Below are positions 37,843 through 46,235 of a DNA stretch of 64,000 nt, piece by piece (the stretch's first letter is position 1; the number at the start of each line of letters is the position of its first letter). Position numbers and translations under genes: made by a program. The notes below the pieces were generated by a model. It was not told the DNA's origin, searched no databases, and was given only the letters and a program-made list of their open reading frames with translations. Origin of the DNA: Candidatus Bathyarchaeota archaeon. Lineage in GTDB: Archaea > Thermoproteota > Bathyarchaeia > 40CM-2-53-6. Location: positions 5,178 to 69,177 of the forward strand of contig VBBQ01000027.1 in the NCBI GenBank assembly GCA_005888755.1, in the 5' to 3' direction.

Positions 37843-38706
37843 CTAGTCCAGCCCTGAGTATGAGGGGATGATGTTCTTGGCGAATTCTCTCAGGTTGTCA
37901 AGATAGCCCGTACTTTGAATGGGTGCAATGTAGAATAGAGATCCGTCCTTTGCCGCTTTCTCCACATCCTGACTTACAGCTTTCAAGTCGAATTTTTGGT
38001 CCCGGTTTGCGACAGACCCGGCTGCAAAAGCTATCTTGTCCTCTCGGTGAAATCTTCGCGCCTCCTGCTTGACGATCGATCGTGCTTTCTCCGTCGGCAC
38101 ATGGACCCACGGCGGGATGTGGCAGATGTCGGAGTATTGGCCTGCGAGCCGCAGCATTCGTGTCCCGACGCCTCCGAACATAAGAGGCGGATGGGGCTTC
38201 TGGACTGGTTTAGGATCCAGAATCGCTCCTTTCGCGTGGTAGTATTTTCCCTTGAACTCAACCTGTGGCTGGTGCCAGAGCTGGAGGATCAGCTCTACTC
38301 CCTCCTGTGTCTTGTCGACCCGTGTCTTCGAGTCGTCCCATGTGCTGTAGCCTTCGAATTCTGTCTGGGACCATCCGGCGCCGACGCCGAGGATTGCGCG
38401 TCCGGACGATAACACATCCATGGTAGCTACCATCTTGGCCAGCATTGCAGGTGGACGGAATGGGATCGGGGTGACGATGGTTCCAAGCTTGATTTTCTGG
38501 GTCTTGGCCGCAAGATAGGTAAGTGCGATCCAACTCTCCAAAGTCGAATCTTTCTGCGGCTGCCCGTACGATTCAGCCCACATGTAGTGATCAGGGATCA
38601 CAGCTCCCCAGAACCCTAGCTTGTCGGCAAGCTGAACCGCTTGATCTGTCAGGCTCCATCCATTGTACCAATTTCCCAATCCCGAAAGAATGAACCTCAA
38701 ACTCAA
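37843..38706 (-). CDS. LLM-class (luciferase-like) flavin/F420-dependent oxidoreductase
   Basis: TIM-barrel LLM signature ...LGFWGAVIPDHY...LGTIVTPIPFRPPAMLAKMVATMDVLSSGRAILGVGAGW. Confidence 0.82.
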   Translation of the reverse strand: MSLRFILSGLGNWYNGWSLTDQAVQLADKLGFWGAVIPDHYMWAESYGQPQKDSTLESWIALTYLAAKTQKIKLGTIVTPIPFRPPAMLAKMVATMDVLSSGRAILGVGAGWSQTEFEGYSTWDDSKTRVDKTQEGVELILQLWHQPQVEFKGKYYHAKGAILDPKPVQKPHPPLMFGGVGTRMLRLAGQYSDICHIPPWVHVPTEKARSIVKQEARRFHREDKIAFAAGSVANRDQKFDLKAVSQDVEKAAKDGSLFYIAPIQSTGYLDNLREFAKNIIPSYSGLD

Positions 38707-38763
38707 TCCTGCTGTTAGAACTCTTGCAGCTATTTATTTCAACCCAGAAAGAATGCCTCTGGA

Positions 38764-39294
38764 ATGAAACTCGTCTTCATCTATGGACCCTCAGCATCAG
38801 GCAAGCTGACCGTCGCAACTGAATTGGCAAAGCTGACAGGGTTCAACCTTTTCGACAATCACATATCGATCCAGTTTGTCCGGTCTAATTTCGAGTTTGG
38901 AACAAAGACCTTCTGGCGCCTCACGGGCAAGTATCGACTGGAGATGTTAGAAGAGGCCGCGAAAGAGGGAATTGACGTAATTTTCACGTTTGTCTATAGT
39001 AGAGGCGAGGACGACCGGTTCGTGAAACATGTGGTCAGAATGATCAGATCGCATGGGCAAGTATGTTTTGTACGACTCTACTGCGAGCGGAAAGAATTGG
39101 TAAGGCGTGTGAAGGCGAATCAAAGGAGAAGGATGGGAAAAGTGAGTAGCGAGAAAATCCTGATTGACTTGTTTCGGAGACACTCTCTCAACTCAGGAAT
39201 CCCATTTCATAGTAGTTTAAGTATAGATACTGCAAATCGAAATCCAGGGAATGTTGCAAGATCGATAGCGCGACGTTACAGGCTATCTTCGTAA
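38764..39294 (+). CDS. P-loop NTPase / small-molecule-kinase-like protein
   Basis: Walker A IYGPSASGKLT at the N-terminus. 176 aa. Confidence 0.5.
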   Translation: MKLVFIYGPSASGKLTVATELAKLTGFNLFDNHISIQFVRSNFEFGTKTFWRLTGKYRLEMLEEAAKEGIDVIFTFVYSRGEDDRFVKHVVRMIRSHGQVCFVRLYCERKELVRRVKANQRRRMGKVSSEKILIDLFRRHSLNSGIPFHSSLSIDTANRNPGNVARSIARRYRLSS

Positions 39295-39342
39295 CACGGT
39301 TACAGCAGGTTTGGGCACAAAATGCCGACAGAGAGAAGCGGG

Positions 39343-40614
39343 CTAGGACTTCAGTTCTCGCAATAATTGTTTCGCGATGGTAAGTCTCTGAATGTCGTTG
39401 GTGCCTTCGTAGGTCTTGATTATCTGCGAGTCTCGCAGAAACCGTTCTACAGGATATTCTGTAGCAACCCCATAACCGCCGTGAATCATCATTGCTAGCA
39501 ACGACAGTTTTTCCGCTGCCTCAGTTGAAGTAACCTTGGCGATGGACGATGCTTTTACGAAGTCCTTTCCCTGATCCTTCAATGACGCGGCCCAGTAAGT
39601 CAACAAACGTGCTGTGTGAAGGCCCATAGCCATCTCCGCGAGCTTGTACTGTACTTGTTGAAATTCGATCAACGGCGTCTCAAAACTGGTCCGGGTCTGC
39701 GCGTAGCTTATGGCCGCTTCATATGCGGCCTGACAGATTCCGACGCCCTGTGCAGCAACGTCGATCCTGCCGCGGTCATATGTCTTTACCCCGACATAGA
39801 AGCCGTCGCCCTCATTCCCTAGTAGATTGTCCTTGGGAACTTTTACGTGATCTAGAACTAGCTCTGATGGTTGCGAGCCGCGTAATCCTATTGTCTCGAT
39901 CTTGCTTGCTGCATGGAATCCTTCAGTTCCTCTCTCTACCAGAAACGCGCTTAGGCCTTTGTGCCTTTTCTCTCTACTCGGGGCCGGGCTTGTCCTCGCG
40001 AAGATCAGGTAGAGATCAGCAATCTCGCCATTTGTAATGAAGGTCTTTCGTCCTGATATCTCCCAGTGTGTCCCGTGAAGTTTTGCTGTGGACTTGATTC
40101 CTGCTACATCTGATCCTGCGCCGGGTTCGGTCATGGCGTGTGCCCCGATCTTCTCGCCTGCGACCATCGGGACGAGGTAGCGTTTCTTCTGCTCCTCTGT
40201 CCCCCACTCGTTCAAGGGTTCAGAAACAAGATGGCTGGCAACGAAGACTGTCGAGCATGCGGCTGAGACGCGGGCCAATTCCTCGAGTGCGATAACCATC
40301 GATAGTAGATCGGCACCTAGCCCGCCATATTCTTCCTTGTAGGTAATCGCGGTGAGTCCAAGCTTCGCGATCTGGTTGAGCAGTTCCCTGGGAATGTGGT
40401 TCTTCCGATCAATCTCCGCTGCTATCGGCCGGATCTGTTTCTCGGCAAAATCACGGATCGTATTGCGCAAACTCTCATGGTCAGGAGTCAGCTTCACTTC
40501 ATAATCGGCCGAACGTGGAAGAATGGTACTCGTCAATGCGAACAGATACTCGGAGCGATTGGGAGCCTGTCGTTCCTTTAAACTTTGAAACCCAAGGAGA
40601 TCCTCATTTTGCAT
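39343..40614 (-). CDS. acyl-CoA dehydrogenase
   Basis: ACAD N-terminal, middle and C-terminal domains, including YEGTNDIQRLTIAKQLL near the C-terminus. Confidence 0.9.
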   Translation of the reverse strand: MQNEDLLGFQSLKERQAPNRSEYLFALTSTILPRSADYEVKLTPDHESLRNTIRDFAEKQIRPIAAEIDRKNHIPRELLNQIAKLGLTAITYKEEYGGLGADLLSMVIALEELARVSAACSTVFVASHLVSEPLNEWGTEEQKKRYLVPMVAGEKIGAHAMTEPGAGSDVAGIKSTAKLHGTHWEISGRKTFITNGEIADLYLIFARTSPAPSREKRHKGLSAFLVERGTEGFHAASKIETIGLRGSQPSELVLDHVKVPKDNLLGNEGDGFYVGVKTYDRGRIDVAAQGVGICQAAYEAAISYAQTRTSFETPLIEFQQVQYKLAEMAMGLHTARLLTYWAASLKDQGKDFVKASSIAKVTSTEAAEKLSLLAMMIHGGYGVATEYPVERFLRDSQIIKTYEGTNDIQRLTIAKQLLRELKS

Positions 40615-40773
40615 GCTAGAACCGCACCTCAGTTTTTGCTGGCTCTTTCTAGCGCTAGGAAAAGTGTCTAATAATGGGTATTTTCGAGACTGTCACCAGT
40701 ATCCACCTCGTGAAACATTGGACGCTCTTAGAATGCTCTTGAATCCGGGACTGAACTCTTAGGAGATACTGGA

Positions 40774-41730
40774 TTGTCTGTGCCTTCTATTGAAGCTGTA
40801 AATCTGTCAAAACGATACGGCTCGTTTTCCGCGTTATCCAATCTCAACCTCAAGATTGAAGGCTCGAAATGCGTCGGCTTCCTCGGGCCAAACGGAGCCG
40901 GAAAGACAACTACTCTGAAGCTCTTCACCGATATGATTAGAGCAACCGAGGGAAAGGCCCTAATCAACGGAGTCTCGGTGCACGAGAACAAGAAGAAGGC
41001 TCTCGCTCCCGTCGGATCACTAATCGAGAGCCCAGAGATCTATCCCGCTCTAACCCCAAGAGAAGCGCTCTCTATGGTCGCAGAAATCAGGGGAATGCCC
41101 CGTTCAGAGCGGAAGAGGAAGATCGAAAAAGTAGTTGCAGAAGTAAAGATGGAAGAATGGCTGGACAAGAAGGTCGGAAAATTCTCCAAAGGAATGAAAC
41201 AGCGGATCAACATATCCGCAGCCCTCCTATCAGAGCCCGAAATCCTCCTACTGGATGAGCCCAGCACAGGGCTCGACCCTAGAGGAATGTCCGAGGTTAG
41301 AGAGATCGTGAAATCGCTGAAACAGAAGAACCGGCTCATCTTCATGAGCTCCCATCTCCTGAACGAGGTTTCTGACATATGCGACGAGGTCGCGATGATC
41401 GACCATGGGAAACTCCTTGTCTATGACAAGCTTAGCAACGTTGTGTCGCGGTTCTCCGGAGCCGATGGAGGCGCAATCATCATCGACGTGGGATTATCCA
41501 GGGAAATAGATGACCAAACAGTGAGCGGGACCATATCCTCTTTCCCCGGCGTAGTGTCCGCGGAAAAACTGGAAGGAAAGAACTTACGATTGCACTTCTC
41601 GGGTGGCATAGAAAACCAAGAAAAACTTCTCTCAGACCTTGTAATGATGAAAATCGGCTTGATTAGCTTCCACCCATCCTCATCAGCGCTCGAGGACACG
41701 TACCTGAATCTGATCAAGGCAACACTGTGA
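40774..41730 (+). CDS. ABC transporter ATP-binding protein
   Basis: Walker A GPNGAGKTT, signature FSKGMKQR, Walker B ILLLDEPSTGLD. Confidence 0.9.
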   Translation: MSVPSIEAVNLSKRYGSFSALSNLNLKIEGSKCVGFLGPNGAGKTTTLKLFTDMIRATEGKALINGVSVHENKKKALAPVGSLIESPEIYPALTPREALSMVAEIRGMPRSERKRKIEKVVAEVKMEEWLDKKVGKFSKGMKQRINISAALLSEPEILLLDEPSTGLDPRGMSEVREIVKSLKQKNRLIFMSSHLLNEVSDICDEVAMIDHGKLLVYDKLSNVVSRFSGADGGAIIIDVGLSREIDDQTVSGTISSFPGVVSAEKLEGKNLRLHFSGGIENQEKLLSDLVMMKIGLISFHPSSSALEDTYLNLIKATL

Positions 41731-41737
41731 GAAGCAC

Positions 41738-42601
41738 GTGAGCAAGCCCTCTCTCAAATCGGTCGGGCCCGTAGCAGTGCCTAGTCTCCCAACGAGCATT
41801 GCTCAAGTAGGAACGATCACCAAATACGAGCTGCTGAACTATTTCAGATCGAGAAGGTTCTTCGTCCTTCTGATAATCGGGATAGTGATCAGTGCAATTT
41901 TCACAGCGGTAGTAGGGTACTACGGGATTACCTACCTGAATCTGACATCAGCTTTAGGATTCTACTCCTTCTGGTGGGGCAACTCCATAACTTTGGTCGT
42001 CATACTCTCAGGAATATTTTTTGGGGGAGACGCAATTTCTGGAGAGTTCCAGAACAAGACAGGCTATTTCCTGGTAGGGAACCCCTTGCGCCGATCCTCC
42101 ATCTACATCGGCAAATGGATTGCCGCGCTGACAGCATCATTGATCATATTTGCGATCTATGCCGCAATTGCGGTAGGCAATGGTATCTACTATTTCGGCA
42201 CAAGCATACCTTACCAGTTCGGCGATTCTCTCGTCTTCTCAGTGCTCTATCTGGTTGCCGTGCTCGGGTTCACCTTCTTCTTCAGCTCGCTTTTCAAGAG
42301 CAGCTCAATGTCCATTCTTGTCACCGCAATCCTGTTTCTATTTGCCTTCTCGCTCATCGAGCTGATAGTGTCAAGGCTTGCGCAGATTGAACCATGGTTT
42401 ATCATCACGTATGGCGCAGGGATAATTGGCAACGTGCTGATGGATCCATATCCGTTAACTCAGAGCACTAGAGGACCCGGGGGAAGGGAGGTCTCAACTT
42501 TCGCCGTGAGCATTCCTCAGGGGATCGCGATACTCGTTGGTTACTTCGTTATCACCGCCGTAATCGGCCTTCTACTCTTTGAGAGAAAGGAATTCACCTA
42601 A
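41738..42601 (+). CDS. ABC-2 type transporter permease
   Basis: 287-aa six-TM protein starting 8 bp after the ATPase gene. Confidence 0.7.
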   Translation: MSKPSLKSVGPVAVPSLPTSIAQVGTITKYELLNYFRSRRFFVLLIIGIVISAIFTAVVGYYGITYLNLTSALGFYSFWWGNSITLVVILSGIFFGGDAISGEFQNKTGYFLVGNPLRRSSIYIGKWIAALTASLIIFAIYAAIAVGNGIYYFGTSIPYQFGDSLVFSVLYLVAVLGFTFFFSSLFKSSSMSILVTAILFLFAFSLIELIVSRLAQIEPWFIITYGAGIIGNVLMDPYPLTQSTRGPGGREVSTFAVSIPQGIAILVGYFVITAVIGLLLFERKEFT

Positions 42602-42733
42602 ACGAGTCCAAACGCCTGGCCTGAAATCTCAAACTAGCCAATTCCGGCTTGGCCCGGATTGCATCCGATGCCCAGACAATTTTAGTAGTTCTAGCTCAAG
42701 ACCCCGAAACACTTGGTCGTGGCACCCCTAATG

Positions 42734-42860
42734 GGGCGGGTGGGATTTGAACCCACGATCACTGGTGCCCGAGACCAGTATTTGTCTGAGCCGGTAGTTG
42801 CTGCCGGCTCTCTTAGACCAAGCTGTCCCCACAGGTGAGTGGTCTGGACCACCGCCCCTG
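42734..42860 (-). tRNA. tRNA-Pro (anticodon CGG) candidate, 127 nt, with about 50 nt of extra (intron-like) sequence in the D-arm/26 region
   Basis: Acceptor stem GGGGCGG/CCGCCCC with discriminator A. T-arm GTGGG-TTCAAAT-CCCAC. Canonical anticodon arm CTGGT-CTCGGGC-ACCAG (U33, G37) followed by a 5-nt variable loop. The 5' half is too long for a standard D-arm. Confidence 0.6.
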
Positions 42861-43032
42861 CCGTGTGCCTCAATTCAATGATTCAAAATGCTTTGGGTCG
42901 ACCACTAGTCAGGCTAGGCATGATTGACCATACCTTACGAAGTAAGCTCAAGGAATTGCTTACTTGACTGCACTAGTGGGGTCCTTAACTCGACGTACGT
43001 GACTCGATGTACTGTCTTCGAAGGAAATCGCG

Positions 43033-43206
43033 TTATTTCGATTGCTTTCGGTCGGATGGGGTTTTCTTGTGTCCGTTGAAGTATGTCCGTACTAGGCGTT
43101 CGAAGAAGATGCTGAATCCCCCTGTCCTACCATAGTAGACTTTGTCAACTTCCTGCCTAACCAGCTGTTCCGCTTCGGACGACAAAGAGATCATCACTTT
43201 GCCCAT
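43033..43206 (-). CDS. small ribbon-helix-helix (CopG/Arc-like) protein, 57 aa
   Basis: MGKVMISLSSEAEQLVRQEVDKVYYGRTGGFSIFFERLVRTYF... has a beta-strand followed by two helices, an RHH pattern. It is not in the supplied ORF list because it is under 60 aa. Confidence 0.3.
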   Translation of the reverse strand: MGKVMISLSSEAEQLVRQEVDKVYYGRTGGFSIFFERLVRTYFNGHKKTPSDRKQSK

Positions 43207-43312
43207 GGTATCTCTAGACTACCAGAGATAGCTCTGGGCCGTTTTATGCTTATCCCCTGCAACCGCATCCTTTGGGCAAAGGATAAGAGCGAGAACGCGG
43301 AAATTTTCGCGT

Positions 43313-43627
43313 CTACGCGAGTTTCTGCAATAGTCTAGCGACTGCTGTTAACGCGACGACCGCTCCCACAGCTAGGCCTAACTGATCGTTGAGGGCCAGG
43401 GCAAGCACTGCTGTGACGCTTCCCGCGATGAAGTCTCGAAAAAGTCCCTTGCTCTTGTCAGAAGTGTCGAGCACATCTGAACCGAGAACGAGTAGGAGGA
43501 TCAAAAAGTACACTGGTTCTTGGCTAATCGCGTTGGCGATGACGAAGCTGGCTACCCAAGCCGCCGACTCGGCCACAGGACGTAGGGCCGGTCGTAGTTC
43601 TGCCAGCTTGTACGAGAGATCGCTCAT
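43313..43627 (-). CDS. hypothetical small membrane protein
   Basis: 104-aa ORF with two hydrophobic helices. Confidence 0.35.
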   Translation of the reverse strand: MSDLSYKLAELRPALRPVAESAAWVASFVIANAISQEPVYFLILLLVLGSDVLDTSDKSKGLFRDFIAGSVTAVLALALNDQLGLAVGAVVALTAVARLLQKLA

Positions 43628-43847
43628 GTTGAATGGTCATTAGGTTAGGATAGAAAAGGCGACCCGACTTTTTCTACTGCGTCCCAGTCCAGCAATAAAA
43701 ATGTCAATCCTGCATGATGAGACTCAGACCCAAACGCGAGTCCCAGAACGACTGTAGAAGAAGAGCATGGGCAAAGAGCCAAGTACGAACCGCGGCCGTT
43801 CTCTGGTATCTTAGCAACGGTCAAAATCTATGAAGCGATGCCCATGT

Positions 43848-44268
43848 CTCCAGGAATGGACCAGTCTGAGATTGACATATTTCTAGCTCGTGGCAAGACC
43901 CCACTCCGACTCGGAACCACCGACTCCAAGGGCGAACCCATCATACACCCAATATGGTACCACTATGCGAACAAAAAAAATCTACCTCATGAGCAATAAG
44001 AACACCGTAAAAGAACCAGAACAAGACGGTCTACTTTTCGGTCGACACGGACGCGATGCCCAACAAAGGAGTGAAAAGGAACCGCCACTATCATCAAGGA
44101 TCCAGGGAAGGCATTATCGATATCAGAAAAAATTGTAGCGAAGTATCGAGGCGATCCCAAAGCAGCATGGCAAAGAACATTCTAGATGAGGTCAAGAAGG
44201 GCTCAGAAGTCTTGGTCGAGATAACCCCGCACTTCTCGACGTGGGACTACACAAAATCGAAATTCTAG
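43848..44268 (+). pseudogene. pyridoxamine 5'-phosphate oxidase (PPOX-class, FMN/F420-binding split-barrel) family gene with at least 3 frameshifts
   Basis: MPMSPGMDQSEIDIFLARGKTPLRLGTTDSKGEPIIHPIWYHYANKK runs into an A8 homopolymer at 43975-43982. It continues in another frame as IYLMSNKNTVKE..., and again in a third as YFSVDTDAMPNKGVK...KNILDEVKKGSEVLVEITPHFSTWDYTKSKF*. Confidence 0.6.
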
Positions 44269-44296
44269 CCCACCGATTGTGAGCCTCCCGAAAGGC

Positions 44297-45733
44297 TCAG
44301 ACAATCTCAATGAGGTCGAGGGACGGATATCCTTTGTCGAAGTTGAAAGTGGCCCCGTGAATATGCGTGAAAGGCTTCACGCCGTAGATCAGTAAATGAC
44401 CGTTCCAGCTTTGGATTTTTATGTGATAGTCGGCTTGTCTAAGAAACTCCTCGCGCACCTTAGTGTTCCGGGATGATATGCCGATGCTGAAGGCGCCTTC
44501 GTCCCTCAAGCCCTCTCCCACCTCGGTAAAGCCAGGAAGAGTCAGGTCTTCCCCGTAGACCTGAACGAGCTTGTCGAAGTTCATGGTCAACATCATACCG
44601 GACGACGCTTCTTTCAAAGCATTCCATGCCTTGTAGAACTCGGCCAAATCGCTCATCAGCTGGCCCCTCATTTTTAACCTCCAAGTCTTCGATGGCAATT
44701 GTGGGTTGAACTCCGCTATCCGGACCCTCTCCGCTAGAGCTTTGTCGCCTACGTAGGGCCTCAATGCCTCTGCCGAGGATTCCGAACTGAAGGTTCCCGT
44801 TGAAACACTGAAGCAAGCACCGCCCTGGCTTATGAAATTGGACCGAATCATGTTGATCAACAACCTCAGCGACTGCGGGGACACATTGCTCTCTGTATCG
44901 ATCATGAAGAAAGAGCCCTTTCGGACCCCGCCGCCCCCCAGCAGTTGGTCGAGTTCTCTACTCCCTGTAGAGAAGTGGGTTTCGGTGTGTGGGACTTTCT
45001 CTGGACTTCTCACTATGGCTGGCGGGCCGTTTTCGTATTCTTCGTCCAAGAACGTGAACCTTCCTTTTTCCAAAGAGAATGGGAAGTATTGGCTCTGGAC
45101 TCTGAATCCTCTTAGCTTGTCTATTCCGAGGGACCTGATTCTTCTACCGTCTAGCTCGTTCTGTTCAAGGGTTACGACTCCATCGACCAGGTAGCCGAGG
45201 TTGTCGGCCCGTTCTGCCTCGCTTACGAGGATCACGCTCACTTTTGTCTGATCTAGTTCGGACATGATGGCTGACTCAAGCATTTTGCGCCCTTCGGGCG
45301 TGGCGTTTCTCAACGCTCCCTCCCAGCTATCTACAACGAGGATTGATTTCTGTTTGGCTTGTTTCAGGCGTACGATCTTCGAGAAGACACTGTCGGTGTC
45401 GGAGCCTCGGAGGTCGTGGAATTCGTCATTCCAGCTTGCCTTTGAGGATCTTCCTGACATAGAATCGATAACTTCATCGATCCAGGGAAACTGTATGCGC
45501 AGCTTGACGGGTGAGACCCTACTTGACGCGTAGACTCTGTGTGAGTCACCAATTGCATTCAATATCTCAAACGCGAGAGTTGTCTTTCCGGTTCCGGGGG
45601 CTCCTTGTATGAGCAGGACGTTTCCTGGAACTTCTAGAAACTCCAAGAACATATTCATCATAGGGGACGATGTTGCACGGACTACAGAGGATTCGAGAGC
45701 TTGAGGATCAGGTTTTGTCCCCGAGGCTATCAA
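44297..45733 (-). CDS. KaiC-like / RecA-superfamily double-domain ATPase
   Basis: First domain Walker A GAPGTGKTTLAFE with Walker B ILVVDSWEG. The second RecA-like domain has a degenerate P-loop (GSFFMIDTESN). Confidence 0.72.
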   Translation of the reverse strand: MIASGTKPDPQALESSVVRATSSPMMNMFLEFLEVPGNVLLIQGAPGTGKTTLAFEILNAIGDSHRVYASSRVSPVKLRIQFPWIDEVIDSMSGRSSKASWNDEFHDLRGSDTDSVFSKIVRLKQAKQKSILVVDSWEGALRNATPEGRKMLESAIMSELDQTKVSVILVSEAERADNLGYLVDGVVTLEQNELDGRRIRSLGIDKLRGFRVQSQYFPFSLEKGRFTFLDEEYENGPPAIVRSPEKVPHTETHFSTGSRELDQLLGGGGVRKGSFFMIDTESNVSPQSLRLLINMIRSNFISQGGACFSVSTGTFSSESSAEALRPYVGDKALAERVRIAEFNPQLPSKTWRLKMRGQLMSDLAEFYKAWNALKEASSGMMLTMNFDKLVQVYGEDLTLPGFTEVGEGLRDEGAFSIGISSRNTKVREEFLRQADYHIKIQSWNGHLLIYGVKPFTHIHGATFNFDKGYPSLDLIEIV

Positions 45734-45884
45734 ACTATTTCATCGTATATCGGTAGGGGTTGTGAAAGATTTCAAGAATTTGTCTCCTTTGTGATGTTCG
45801 GTGGGGAACCAATGTGATTGTTATGTCGCGTTGACCCTCCACATGATAGTAAGTCGGTAGACCCTAGGCCTCAAAGCCTATAGA

Positions 45885-46157
45885 GTGACACATGATAATG
45901 GGCAGGTAACGGTGCCAAAACTCAAGTTCAGCAAGGACTACCTTCAACGATTGACGAAACCTGTTCCAAAGAAAGACCCGAACACGCGGGCGACAGCATC
46001 GACTGAGACTTTATCAGAACCGCGGCATCCCAGGGGGTTTCAACAATACTGCGCCACCTGCGGAAAAGACCAGCTCTTCAACGTCGATACGTTAGGCTGG
46101 AAAACTTGCACGGTCTGCAGACGTACCGCACCGGACAGAAGCCAGAGCCCAATCTAA
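45885..46157 (+). CDS. hypothetical small zinc-ribbon protein
   Basis: CATCGKDQLF...CTVC four-Cys arrangement. 90 aa. Confidence 0.35.
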   Translation: MTHDNGQVTVPKLKFSKDYLQRLTKPVPKKDPNTRATASTETLSEPRHPRGFQQYCATCGKDQLFNVDTLGWKTCTVCRRTAPDRSQSPI

Positions 46158-46235
46158 CCTAGGCATACATAGCGCCAAACGTGGTTCAAGTACAATTTTT
46201 TAAACAGGATAAGGAGAGGAAAGACTTGGTTCTTC

